This document shows positions 47,894 to 57,022 of a DNA stretch of 62,792 nucleotides, piece by piece (the stretch's first letter is position 1; the number at the start of each line of letters is the position of its first letter). A program made the position numbers and the translations under genes. The stretch comes from an archaeon 13_2_20CM_2_53_6. Lineage in GTDB: Archaea > Thermoproteota > Bathyarchaeia > 40CM-2-53-6. The notes beneath the pieces were generated by a model. It ran no database searches. It saw nothing but the letters and a program-made list of their open reading frames with translations, and was not told the DNA's origin. The stretch covers positions 1 to 62,792 of the forward strand of contig MNDT01000010.1 in NCBI GenBank assembly GCA_001915065.1. The letters are read 5' to 3'.

Positions 47894-48430
47894 ATGATTG
47901 ATCCTAAGAGAAGAAGATCGACTTATCTGACTGCGTCAATGACTCTGCTACTTCTGCTGGTGGTCGCTCCTGTCTTCTTGACTCGGGCCTCGGCTCTGAC
48001 AACATCTTATTCATTCAATCTTCTTGGCCCGAATACTGCGATGGCTCCTGAAGGTGCTCCCGCGTTAGCGGGGGACACATTGATAGTCACGGGTTCAGGC
48101 GCATTTGATACGTCCACTACAGCAATAACCGGCGGCGGGAGCTATCAGATAGTCACTTCAAGCGGAATGATTGTCGACAGGGGAACATACGTGATAACGA
48201 CGTTCATCGGTTTCACACCATACGGTGGCCCCAGCCCCGGCCTTCAGGGAGGTAAGCTGACCCTGACCGTAACAGCGACGAGCAGCCTTACAGGCGCAAC
48301 GACCGCTAACATACCTGCGACCATAACATGTTTGGTGGGAAGCCCTCCACCAGGTGCAGTCGAAGGAATAACCTCCGGCGGATTCTCGCAGTCGGTGATC
48401 GGCAAGACACTCTTCCACATCAACACCTAG
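47894..48430 (+). CDS. Secreted protein (hypothetical)
   Basis: Internal ATG at 47894 gives the signal peptide MIDPKRRRSTYLTASMTLLLLLVVAPVFLTRASA. Confidence 0.5.
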   Translation: MIDPKRRRSTYLTASMTLLLLLVVAPVFLTRASALTTSYSFNLLGPNTAMAPEGAPALAGDTLIVTGSGAFDTSTTAITGGGSYQIVTSSGMIVDRGTYVITTFIGFTPYGGPSPGLQGGKLTLTVTATSSLTGATTANIPATITCLVGSPPPGAVEGITSGGFSQSVIGKTLFHINT

Positions 48431-48765
48431 ACAGGATAAAAACAGGCCATTCGTCGCCAAGAGCCACGCACCTATCCTCTGACTCTCCATCTTCTCTTTC
48501 TTTTGAACTCGGATTGCTTAGCGGGTGCACGTAACCTCGTCCACAACCGTGGTTCCCCGTCCTCTATCTCTTTGAAGCAGGACTTGCAGAATGTGCCGTC
48601 ACCCATGGGCTATCTGCGGGAACGAGCAAGTAGAAGGGCGTTAGAGGTCTGCGAACTTCTGGGCGAAGGGTAATAATCGGAACTTACCCATTTTCCCTTT
48701 AGACAGCTTCCGCTGTCCGAGTCATCCTCTGGATTACGACAGTGCTAAATACCCATTGAAGCCGA

Positions 48766-49176
48766 ATGAGACGAATGAAAACCTTGAAGACTGTAAGCAT
48801 TCTATTTCTACTACCATTAGCGGTTCTGGCTTTCGGAGCGGCACCGGCACATGCGAGTGGGCACCAAGTGGCGTTCATTGTGCATGTGAATGGACAAGGC
48901 GTTGGGGGTGGGTTTGCTCTCTTCTCAGATGGTACTGCGGTGGGTAATGTCGCTCTCTCTGCTTTCAATGGAGCGTTGATCCTCCAGTTCCACCCTGAAA
49001 CTTGGACCTCTTCAATGGTATGCGGTGAGATTCAGGCGATAAGGGGGGTAGCACCACCGAGTATTACACCCTGTGATCCTCTTTTCCCCGTTGGGACGAC
49101 GCCGGTCCCCTTGGACCTCAATGGGGACGGGACTCCTGACATTACGATCCTGATAACGGTCCAAGCCGTCAGCTGA
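48766..49176 (+). CDS. Secreted protein (hypothetical)
   Basis: 136 aa. Signal peptide MRRMKTLKTVSILFLLPLAVLAFGAAPAHA. Confidence 0.5.
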   Translation: MRRMKTLKTVSILFLLPLAVLAFGAAPAHASGHQVAFIVHVNGQGVGGGFALFSDGTAVGNVALSAFNGALILQFHPETWTSSMVCGEIQAIRGVAPPSITPCDPLFPVGTTPVPLDLNGDGTPDITILITVQAVS

Positions 49177-49410
49177 ACCCCTCAGACGGAATACACAAAC
49201 CTCTCCATCCTCTTTTTCTTTGAACATCTGGGCCGCCCCCTCTGTCACTGAAGTCGCTGGCTGCGAACCCACCCGGTTCAATGTGCCGGACTGGCCGTGC
49301 TGATCTTGAAGAACTATGCTAACCGAAACCCTCTCTGGTTTTGAGAGCACCAGAGTCCCCCAAGTTTCTTGGGACAATACCAAAATGGTTAGCCTATCGG
49401 AGACGTGCTC

Positions 49411-49445
49411 GCTCCGGTGGTGTAGCCAGGTTTAGCATACTGGCC
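49411..49445 (+). other. Orphan tRNA 5' half (Glu/Asp-type acceptor + D-arm + start of anticodon stem)
   Basis: GCTCCGG-TG-GTGTAGCCAGGTTTAGCATAC-TGGCC closely resembles archaeal tRNA-Glu/Asp 5' halves. I found no complementary 3' acceptor strand (CCGGAGC) or T-arm in the ~550 nt downstream. Confidence 0.4.
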
Positions 49446-49645
49446 GAATGGTGGGCTTCGTATCTAGCGTTCGTTTTCCTTCTAGGGCACCGATGTTGGT
49501 GACGGTTCAGACTCCCCGACAGACGCCGAGCCAAGACTGCGGCTTCTCGGCGTAAATCGACAGGTTGAAAATTCGTGGTGTTAGTTGGCCTTTCCGCCAA
49601 AAAGCTAGGATCTGACCACTAGACACGATTTTAATCTCATCTAGA

Positions 49646-49706
49646 TGTTCGGTGGTGTTCGTTTCTGTTCGGCGGTTTTGTTCGATCTTTTGTTCGGCCT
49701 ATTCGG
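49646..49706 (+). repeat. Phased array of six TGTTCG(G)-type motifs at 10-13 bp spacing
   Basis: TGTTCGG at 49646, TGTTCG at 49656, TGTTCGG at 49666, TGTTCG at 49679, TGTTCGG at 49691, and the variant ATTCGG at 49701. Confidence 0.6.
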
Positions 49707-49958
49707 TCTGTTTGTTTTTGCGTCCGTCAATTCTTCTCCTCTCGTTCTTTCTATTAGTCTCCGCCTGCGAGTGTCCGTTCATCTTCGCCATTGTGTAGCG
49801 CGTAATTGGGCACTGCGTAGGTTGGCAGCTGTCTCAAACGTGGATTTGTCCTGGCAAAGCAACCAATCCCCTTTGATCGCAATAATGGACTTGTCGGAAT
49901 GCCATCAAGCGAATTCGTACCATCAAGCCAACCGCACGTACCTGCCGCCGAAACCTTG

Positions 49959-50549
49959 CTAAGTGGAGATTTCTCGCGCGAGTCGAATATCGATCTCTCG
50001 TTCGACGTACCTCCACTCCTCGGACTGTCGGAGGATACTCACGAGTTCCTCAAACGCGTCTGCATTCGCTGGAGCATATTCGAACCATGTAAGGAAATCG
50101 AAGGGCTCGCCGAGATCGCGACAGTGGTACAGGCGACGAGCGATTGCTGGGAGGTATTTCAAGCCGACCCTGATGTGTCCAGATCGGGTTTCGAATATCC
50201 CCCGCCTCTCACTTTGGCTGAGTTGCCACCAAGACTCCGACTTCGTGATCGGAATAAGAGCGGCATGGGTGGCTTCTGGCCGTCCTAGCGCAGGCTGGCG
50301 GGACAAGAGCATTTCATGCTCCTTCCGCGTTGTATAGCGATCATTGCTTGTGACTCCGCGTATCAGCCACTTGCCCCCACTGGGCAGTGCTGCCAAGTTG
50401 CCTTCAACTACCTCAATTCTGTCAACACTTTTCAGCGGGGGCCCTGCGACAGCCTTCGTGTTGGTGACCCTCCAAATACCAGTGTCACCACCGACGAAAG
50501 TTGCAACGCGCTTCTTCCAAGAGTTTCTAGTCCTTGGGGCGATCTCCAT
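49959..50549 (-). CDS. Chlorite-dismutase-family (Cld/HemQ-like, short form) protein
   Basis: Internal ATG at 50549. ...ALIPITKSESWWQLSQSERRGIFE..SGHIRVGLKYLPAIARRLYHCRDLGEPFDFLTWFEY... resembles the Cld-like fold signature. Confidence 0.55.
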   Translation of the reverse strand: MEIAPRTRNSWKKRVATFVGGDTGIWRVTNTKAVAGPPLKSVDRIEVVEGNLAALPSGGKWLIRGVTSNDRYTTRKEHEMLLSRQPALGRPEATHAALIPITKSESWWQLSQSERRGIFETRSGHIRVGLKYLPAIARRLYHCRDLGEPFDFLTWFEYAPANADAFEELVSILRQSEEWRYVEREIDIRLAREIST

Positions 50550-50651
50550 TAGCAAATCCCTCCGTTGGAAAGATAGGTCAATTGACCCTTTCCCTGCACT
50601 CTTTGATCCAGGTCTGAAATAGTTGACGCGCCTGTTCTTATGGTATGAAGG

Positions 50652-50688
50652 GGGTTTGAACTTGCATTTGATCCCATCCCCGACGCTC
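50652..50688 (+). repeat. 37-nt intergenic repeat, copy A
   Basis: gggtttgaacttgcatttgatcccatccccgacgctc. 34 of 37 positions match copy B. Confidence 0.75.
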
Positions 50689-50866
50689 CAAAGGAAGAGA
50701 CGTGACGAAATCGTCTGCCTGGCGAAGTGGGTTGGTCTCGTGCACAACGGAAGAAAAGAAATCGTGCCTCTCAAATTCGATCTTGTTCTGAAGTCAGAAA
50801 TACTCCAGCCTTTTCTATCTCGGGATGCCGGTAGCGTTATAGCCAGAAAGGTCGGCCGATTGGATT

Positions 50867-53239
50867 ATGCGATTCGGGAAGAATGTTCTTCCACAAATTA
50901 TTATCGGCCTGGTGATAACCCAACTCTTGACCGTTGAGACTTTGTCCGTCGCGGCTGTCACGGTTCAACCAGGCTCAGGACCAGACCCTGGTGGTTGGCA
51001 GTTTGTCGGGCCCTCTTCCATCAGGGACTGTCCTTTGCCGGGGGGCATTACCGTGTGCAGTGGGAGGGTGACCGCAATAGCGGTTGACCCTGGTCAGCCG
51101 TCCAGGATTTACGTTGGAGGAGCCCTAGGTGGAGTGTGGAAGAGCACCGACAGGGGACTTGACTGGACATCTCTTACTGATGATCAACCGTCTCTTGCTG
51201 TTGGAAGCATTGCAATAGATCCTTCCGGAAGCCTGTATGTTGGCACTGGAGAAGGCAACCGAGGATGCACAGCGTATTACGGAGCAGGTCTTTTAAAATC
51301 TATGGATGGTGGTAATTCCTGGGTTCAGCTGGGCGCTTCAACCTTCGGGAGGTCTAGCTTGAACAAGATCGTCGTCAGCCCGGACAGTCCCAACATTGTC
51401 ATGGCGTCTACTAGTCAAGGATTCTCGAACAGTCCCACCTTTAGTTGCGGGTTGGTCGACCCGCTTGTACCGTTCGGGCTGTACGTATCACTGGATGCTG
51501 GGAATTCGTGGCGCCTGGCCATGCCTTCGAGCAGAGGAACAGCCGGAGATATTGCTGTGGACCCATTTAACACATCCCAGGTTTACGCGGCCGTGGACGG
51601 AACAGTCTACTTATCCAGGGACGAGGGAGTCTCATGGGAAGCGCTGTCCACTGGCTTGCCTCCGCCAAATTCAGTTGGACGAGTTGCCCTTTCAGTATCT
51701 GCATCATCTTCCGGAACTCTTTACGCGGCTTTGCAGGACTTGTCCCTTCCATTTCCGGGACAGGGTAGACTCTTTAGAACAAGTGACAGTGGTTCAACCT
51801 GGATGGAGGTTCCAACGCCCGCCCCCACAAACTTCTGCGGCGCCTTCAACGGCTGTGCCTACAACCTCGTTCTCGCGGTAGACCCGACGGATGCGGAGAC
51901 GGTGTACTTGGGAGGAAATGATCTCTTCCTGACAACGGACGGCGGAAACAACTGGGTGGACTTAGGAGGGTATGGGAATCTCGTTCTTCATCCCGACCAA
52001 CATGCTCTTGCCTTCAGCCCGGAAGACCAGACCAGAGTCTACGTCGGCAACGATGGAGGAATGTACTACTCTGCCGAGGCCAATACTTGTCTTCCTGCCT
52101 CATGCTGGACAGATCTTAATTCGGGCCTCGGAATAACCCAGTTCTACTCAGTGGCCGCTCATCCCACGGACCCCAACCTCTTCTTCGGCGGGACCCAGGA
52201 CAATGGCATAACCCTGCGTCTGGGGAACTCACTAGAGTGGAGGCAGGCTCTGGGTGGCGATGCTGGTTTCACTGGGTTTGATCCTGTCGAGCCATCGACC
52301 ATGTACGCGGCTTTCACGATACCCCTACGCTCTGACGATGGAGGGCTAAGCTGGACAACCAAGACAAATGGGCTATGTGTAGCGCCCTGCAATGCACTGG
52401 ATAGCTCACAGCCCTTCGTTCCCATGGCGATCGACCATGCTAGTCCCGGGACGCTCTATCTAGGAACCTACAGGCTGTGGAAGACTACAGATAGAGGAGA
52501 CAACTGGTTCCTTCCGTCACCCGGACTGTCACTTCCAGGCGCTAACTGTGCTCCAGCCTCTAGTGATTGCATCTCTACGATTGCAGTCGCTCCATCAGGA
52601 GGGCGGGTTGTCTATGTTGGAACCAAGCTCGGCAAGCTGTTTGTTTCAACCGACGGAGGCTCCAATTTCAGTGAAAGAGATACACTTCTACCCGGCCACT
52701 TCCTAACCAAGATTGCAATCAACCCCCAAGACCCTCAGAAGGCCTTTGCGACCTTCTCGGGCTTTGGAGGCGGGCACATATTCGCCACGTCCAATGCGGG
52801 GATCTCTTGGGCTGACATCAGTGCTGGTCTCCCCGACTTTCCGGCAAACGCAGTAGCGGTGGGCTCGAGAGGAACAGTCTATGTGGGAACTGACCAAGGA
52901 GTATTTGTCCAGCAAAAGAGATCGGGAGGTATGGGCCTCGTAAATGCCATCGGTCAAGCAAGAAGAGTTTCTTGGTCGATCTTGGGACGAGGGCTACCAA
53001 AGACTGCCGTGTACGATTTGACTCTCGCCGCGGACGGAGCGCTGCTGGCGGCCACTTTCGGGCGAGGAATATGGAGAATCAACCTCCCGAGAATTGATGT
53101 CGGAACTGGATCAGCGGCCAGCACTCCCCCAATCATCCATTCTGTGTCGTTCCAGTTTTCTCTACGCGATAAATTCGCCTCCGTCAGCCCCTTCAGCCTT
53201 GGAACCATCTGGCCCTGCAACCGACGTCCCATACCATGA
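50867..53239 (+). CDS. Secreted BNR/Asp-box repeat protein (sialidase/sortilin-like beta-propeller)
   Basis: 790 aa with a signal peptide. About ten SxDxGxxW-type boxes (STDRGLDW, SMDGGNSW, SLDAGNSW, SRDEGVSW, TSDSGSTW, TTDGGNNW, SDDGGLSW, TTDRGDNW, STDGGSNF, TSNAGISW). Confidence 0.8.
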   Translation: MRFGKNVLPQIIIGLVITQLLTVETLSVAAVTVQPGSGPDPGGWQFVGPSSIRDCPLPGGITVCSGRVTAIAVDPGQPSRIYVGGALGGVWKSTDRGLDWTSLTDDQPSLAVGSIAIDPSGSLYVGTGEGNRGCTAYYGAGLLKSMDGGNSWVQLGASTFGRSSLNKIVVSPDSPNIVMASTSQGFSNSPTFSCGLVDPLVPFGLYVSLDAGNSWRLAMPSSRGTAGDIAVDPFNTSQVYAAVDGTVYLSRDEGVSWEALSTGLPPPNSVGRVALSVSASSSGTLYAALQDLSLPFPGQGRLFRTSDSGSTWMEVPTPAPTNFCGAFNGCAYNLVLAVDPTDAETVYLGGNDLFLTTDGGNNWVDLGGYGNLVLHPDQHALAFSPEDQTRVYVGNDGGMYYSAEANTCLPASCWTDLNSGLGITQFYSVAAHPTDPNLFFGGTQDNGITLRLGNSLEWRQALGGDAGFTGFDPVEPSTMYAAFTIPLRSDDGGLSWTTKTNGLCVAPCNALDSSQPFVPMAIDHASPGTLYLGTYRLWKTTDRGDNWFLPSPGLSLPGANCAPASSDCISTIAVAPSGGRVVYVGTKLGKLFVSTDGGSNFSERDTLLPGHFLTKIAINPQDPQKAFATFSGFGGGHIFATSNAGISWADISAGLPDFPANAVAVGSRGTVYVGTDQGVFVQQKRSGGMGLVNAIGQARRVSWSILGRGLPKTAVYDLTLAADGALLAATFGRGIWRINLPRIDVGTGSAASTPPIIHSVSFQFSLRDKFASVSPFSLGTIWPCNRRPIP

Positions 53240-53330
53240 TAGGGCTCCGTATCTGAGCCGCCTCGCCCACCCCCGGACTCGAATGTAAAGTCAGATTCTT
53301 GTACATTCAGAAGGGAGTGACAAGGAAAGC

Positions 53331-53367
53331 GGGTTTGAACTTGCATTTGATCCCACGCCCGAGGCTC
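53331..53367 (+). repeat. 37-nt intergenic repeat, copy B
   Basis: gggtttgaacttgcatttgatcccacgcccgaggctc, 92 nt after the BNR gene stop. Confidence 0.75.
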
Positions 53368-53484
53368 ACTTGAGGCACCGACAAAGCTCAATGACAAGAT
53401 TTTGCTAGCCTAGAATTTGGGCCATACCCCTCGGAATCAATGTCCTCAATCCCTTACGTTCTATGGAGATACAACCGGAACCCT

Positions 53485-53871
53485 TTACGGAAGGACCAAA
53501 CAGTCTTCTTCCTCCGCAAAGTCCCGGTCGAAGGTAAGCACTCGCTCCCCTACCGACTTAGCGGCCGCAAGCAGAAGTCCGTCTAAGAGAGCGAAACTTG
53601 CGAAGCCTTTCTTCAGTCGCTCATTCTTGATCTTTGAGCCTTCTAAGCAGATGTCTTCGTCGAGCGGAATAATATTCGCAAGGTTTTTCACTTCTCCGAT
53701 CCTCTCCCTTACAGGGATATTGTTTACGATGCACCAGTCGGATAGTTCGGCGAGTTGGACTACAAGCACGAAGAGATTCTCCTCCCCAATATGTTTCTGG
53801 ACTAGTCTGAACTCCTTTGAGGTTCTAGGATGTCGCAGGACTTCGATGATAGCGCTGGTGTCGAGTAACAA
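53485..53871 (-). CDS. vapC: PIN-domain toxin (VapC-like)
   Basis: 128 aa. MLLDTSAIIE..., ...LLDGLLLAAA..., ...VLTFDRDF acidic-residue pattern of PIN domains. Confidence 0.8.
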   Translation of the reverse strand: MLLDTSAIIEVLRHPRTSKEFRLVQKHIGEENLFVLVVQLAELSDWCIVNNIPVRERIGEVKNLANIIPLDEDICLEGSKIKNERLKKGFASFALLDGLLLAAAKSVGERVLTFDRDFAEEEDCLVLP

Positions 53872-54090
53872 CTAGAATCTGTCCCGTTTCTCTCTTGCAA
53901 ACGGCCGGGCTTTTCGGTCCATTCCCGCGATACTTTCTAACCCGGCCTCGCGCGTAGCCTTCGGAATCGCTAGCGACAGCTTAATCGTGTCTCCTTCGCT
54001 AGCACCTGATTCCTCTAACAGCTCCTTCGGTATTATTACTGCCATGGAATTCCCTACTCTCCTGACTTTTCCGGTCAACACGCGGGACAT
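53872..54090 (-). CDS. AbrB/SpoVT-type antitoxin (VapB-like)
   Basis: Internal ATG at 54090 (MSRVLTGKVRRVGNSMAVIIPKELLEE...). Abuts the vapC start. Confidence 0.7.
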   Translation of the reverse strand: MSRVLTGKVRRVGNSMAVIIPKELLEESGASEGDTIKLSLAIPKATREAGLESIAGMDRKARPFAREKRDRF

Positions 54091-54480
54091 GAGAATTGTT
54101 ATAACGTAATAACTATTTAAGCTTGGCCTGCAAAACCCGAATTGTGTTGCCCACAACCTGAATTCTAGCGCTTCCAGAGCAGTTGTTGGCGTTTCGGCCG
54201 CCTTGTTTCTAGCCTAGAAGAGAATCGTCTTGTCCAGCTTGAGAGTAGTTCTTTGCATGTAAGATTCTGTTTCGTGGCCGCCTGTCATTTTACATCCCGA
54301 TTAGTTTCACGGTAACTATTCGGACTGGTCTACTCCTTTTCATTAACTCATCCAATTTGTAACTCTTCGTGCAGGACATTTGGAGACTTCTCTATCAAAG
54401 GGACGGTCGGACATCCAGATTCCAAGAGGGATCATTCACGCTACTTCCAAGCCAACCAAACCCAGTAGTCTTAGAGAAAC

Positions 54481-56577
54481 ATGGTTGAAAGAGGCAGAAA
54501 CAAGATGAAGAGACGAACCGTTCTGAATAGCAGCCTATCCGCCCTCATTCTCGCCACAGCCATCGTGGGCCCGAGCGGCATCATCACGACCCAGAACACC
54601 CCTGCAGAGAATTTCCTTGCGACGATGACCACATTTCCGACGAATCCGTTCTACAACCCCAGCTTCGGCTACTCCAACTTCCATTACGTCATGAGAGGTG
54701 CATCCGGAACAGATCAGGTTCCTATTGCAATCTACTCCAACACCGCCAGCGGAAACCTGATCTGTGGAAAATCCTGCCCCGATTATACGCTCTACAATGC
54801 GAACCAAGGAACCCTTTACATCCCGATTGGACTCGCCTCGGATCATGTCGCGTACAACGATTGTGTCTCGGCAATCTGTGGCATAAACTTCGCAAACTGG
54901 AGCTATAAGCTACCCACAGGTATACCGGACTACTGCAGCGGCCAACCCACGAGTCTCCAGGGACTTGACAATTCTAACCGGTGCTATGACGTTAGAGGTT
55001 TCGACCTTCAAGGGGGCGTCACCGGAGCAAATGGGGGAATCCTTCTGACCTCCGCGAACCCAGCCGGAGATCCTACCTGCACTAACTACAATGGTGGCAC
55101 ACCCGATAAGGGTAATGTTCCTTCCAATAGTTGCTGGGCCGCAGATTATGCCGTGGTGCAGGCAGCGCAGGCCGTCAATCCACCCTGCATCTCGGGAGTA
55201 ACTGCCTGCATCTCCAGCTCATCCGTAACCGCCGAAAGCAACACAACTGTAGTTGATCCGATCATCAACGGCAAAAAGCACAACGGGACCTTCGTCCAGA
55301 TCGGAACACAGATCACCCAAAAGACATGGTATATTTATCGAGAGATCACGAGTCTAGCCGTCCAGATCATACCCCCCACCATAACCCTCGTCTGCACGAA
55401 GACAAATACCGGTGTCACCAACGTCTGCACCGGCTCGAGCGCCAACGTTTGCGGACTATTCGCAATAGACAAATGCGACCCCATGCCCTCCCTGATCAGC
55501 GCACTCCCCACGTTCAAGAAAGAGATCAACACTGCCTCTCTTCTGACCAATACGCGAATCAGCTTCGGCCTCAACGTGGTTGGATTCGGCGGACTTACGT
55601 GCAACCAGGAAGACCTTTCCTCGGGAAACTGCTGGTATGGAATAATCGGAGCCTGGATCGGAGGACAAGGCGTGCAAACAGCGGGCTGCACGGGAAGCAA
55701 CTCATGCAGTTTCGGCGTCACAGGGCAACCGCATGCTCAGCTTCCAATATTTCAAGACGCCCAATTAACGAACCCAGCAACTATTCCACCGGTCGACCAA
55801 CTCGTGAATCTCGCCCAGCTAACTAATGAGACAATGTCAACAGTGGTCGTGGCAAATACCTATTCCCAAGTGTTCACCTACGTGGACACTCAAGATCTAG
55901 GAGTGCAATATGCCTCGACGCCGACCACTTGCTCCATGGACAGCTTGAACCAATGCTTCAACACTCCTCCAGCGCTGATAGTAAACGTACCGATAGTCTA
56001 CGACATCATAGGCGCACAGAGCCTAGCAACCTGGCTGTACAAATATCCAGGAATACCGCCCAACGGTGGAACGACATCGGGGTTCGTATCAGGCCAGGTA
56101 ATTGATGCTTCTAGCAAGAATCTCTTCGGGCAGTATTCTCCGCTAGTTGGAGCATGCATTGGAGTCGGAGGACCCTGCTCCGGACAGCCAGCTCAGATTC
56201 AGGAACCGACAGACACCAATGGGCGATTCATTCTCAGCAACATCCCGCCCGGAACTTACACGATCTGGGCAACTTATCCCGGATACTCCAACGTCTTCCG
56301 AACCAACGTTATCGTCTCAGTCGGAGCTACGACAGTCGTTAATTATGCAATGTCACCTGTCAGCGCTCTCGGACTGTTATGTCTGGTTCCGCCAATAGCG
56401 AACCCACTGCCATACCAGCCCCCAATGTTCGGCGGACTCTGCATTCCAAGCTGGACTCTCTGGGCTGCAGGCGGCATAGTCGTGGGGCTATCCATCATTT
56501 TCGCATGGACTTATACCGCACCGGCTAGAGCAACTGCTGGAACTATCAAACTGTGGGGCAAAAAACGCTGTCCATAA
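54481..56577 (+). CDS. Large secreted/anchored protein with a carboxypeptidase-regulatory-like domain and a C-terminal TM helix
   Basis: 698 aa. Signal sequence (MKRRTVLNSSLSALILATAIVG). ...GFVSGQVIDA...TDTNGRFILSNIPPGTYTIWATYPGY... C-terminal WTLWAAGGIVVGLSIIFAW. Confidence 0.65.
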   Translation: MVERGRNKMKRRTVLNSSLSALILATAIVGPSGIITTQNTPAENFLATMTTFPTNPFYNPSFGYSNFHYVMRGASGTDQVPIAIYSNTASGNLICGKSCPDYTLYNANQGTLYIPIGLASDHVAYNDCVSAICGINFANWSYKLPTGIPDYCSGQPTSLQGLDNSNRCYDVRGFDLQGGVTGANGGILLTSANPAGDPTCTNYNGGTPDKGNVPSNSCWAADYAVVQAAQAVNPPCISGVTACISSSSVTAESNTTVVDPIINGKKHNGTFVQIGTQITQKTWYIYREITSLAVQIIPPTITLVCTKTNTGVTNVCTGSSANVCGLFAIDKCDPMPSLISALPTFKKEINTASLLTNTRISFGLNVVGFGGLTCNQEDLSSGNCWYGIIGAWIGGQGVQTAGCTGSNSCSFGVTGQPHAQLPIFQDAQLTNPATIPPVDQLVNLAQLTNETMSTVVVANTYSQVFTYVDTQDLGVQYASTPTTCSMDSLNQCFNTPPALIVNVPIVYDIIGAQSLATWLYKYPGIPPNGGTTSGFVSGQVIDASSKNLFGQYSPLVGACIGVGGPCSGQPAQIQEPTDTNGRFILSNIPPGTYTIWATYPGYSNVFRTNVIVSVGATTVVNYAMSPVSALGLLCLVPPIANPLPYQPPMFGGLCIPSWTLWAAGGIVVGLSIIFAWTYTAPARATAGTIKLWGKKRCP

Positions 56578-56635
56578 CACGGGGGCAGACAGGTTCGTCT
56601 GAGTAACAACGCCAAACTACTCCAAACGAGGAACA

Positions 56636-56673
56636 GGGTTTGAACTCGTAATTGCTTTCTCGCCCCGAGGCTC
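56636..56673 (+). repeat. Intergenic repeat, copy C (38 nt, divergent centre)
   Basis: gggtttgaactcgtaattgctttctcgccccgaggctc, 59 nt after the stop at 56577. Confidence 0.6.
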
Positions 56674-56770
56674 CAAGCTCCTATTTGTGAGCCTTCAGAT
56701 GGGCCATTCGTCCGCTGGTCCGCTAGATTGAAATATTGGTTTACCATGGTAAACCGGTGGGGTTCGTCTT

Positions 56771-57022
56771 ATGACAGAGGTAACCGTGGCGACCAAGATT
56801 GGATCCGAGGAGTTGAAACGTATAGACGCCATAGTTCGACGACGAGGACTGCTCAACCGCAGCGACCTCGTCAGGGAGGCCATCAGGCTCTATCTCAGCC
56901 TGACAAGCCTCGAGACTGAGGCCAGGCTCAGGATGCTACGTCTCATCAACGAGAGCGCAGGCGTTTCTGGGAAGACCGCGGGTCAGCTGGTCGAGGAGGC
57001 TCGAAGAGAGGAAGACGCCTGA
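56771..57022 (+). CDS. Ribbon-helix-helix (CopG-type) antitoxin
   Basis: 83 aa. VTVATKIGSEELKRIDAIVRRRGLLNRSDLVREAIRLYL. Confidence 0.7.
   Translation: MTEVTVATKIGSEELKRIDAIVRRRGLLNRSDLVREAIRLYLSLTSLETEARLRMLRLINESAGVSGKTAGQLVEEARREEDA

Larger units (their letters stand above)
35430..49445. mobile_element. Accessory region / probable decayed integrated element (boundaries approximate)
   Basis: Run of hypothetical, Zn-ribbon and secreted-protein genes. Also an RHH gene, a broken tyrosine integrase (38481..38920), two retropepsin-like remnants, interrupted ORFs and a ~1.3 kb gene-poor stretch (43.8-45.1 kb). It ends at an orphan tRNA 5' half. Confidence 0.3.

Noticed and set aside
53331-53367. 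Possibility that the 37-nt repeat encodes a conserved minus-strand peptide (EPRAWDQMQVQT / EPRAWAKTQAQT inside track ORFs 52954..53397 and 57506..57724).
   Set aside because: The differences between copies change amino acids rather than sitting at synonymous positions. Copy C has an indel. In the long track ORF spanning copy A (49959..50774) the repeat falls in a different reading frame (VGDGIKCKFKPP). The host ORFs have no other coding features.
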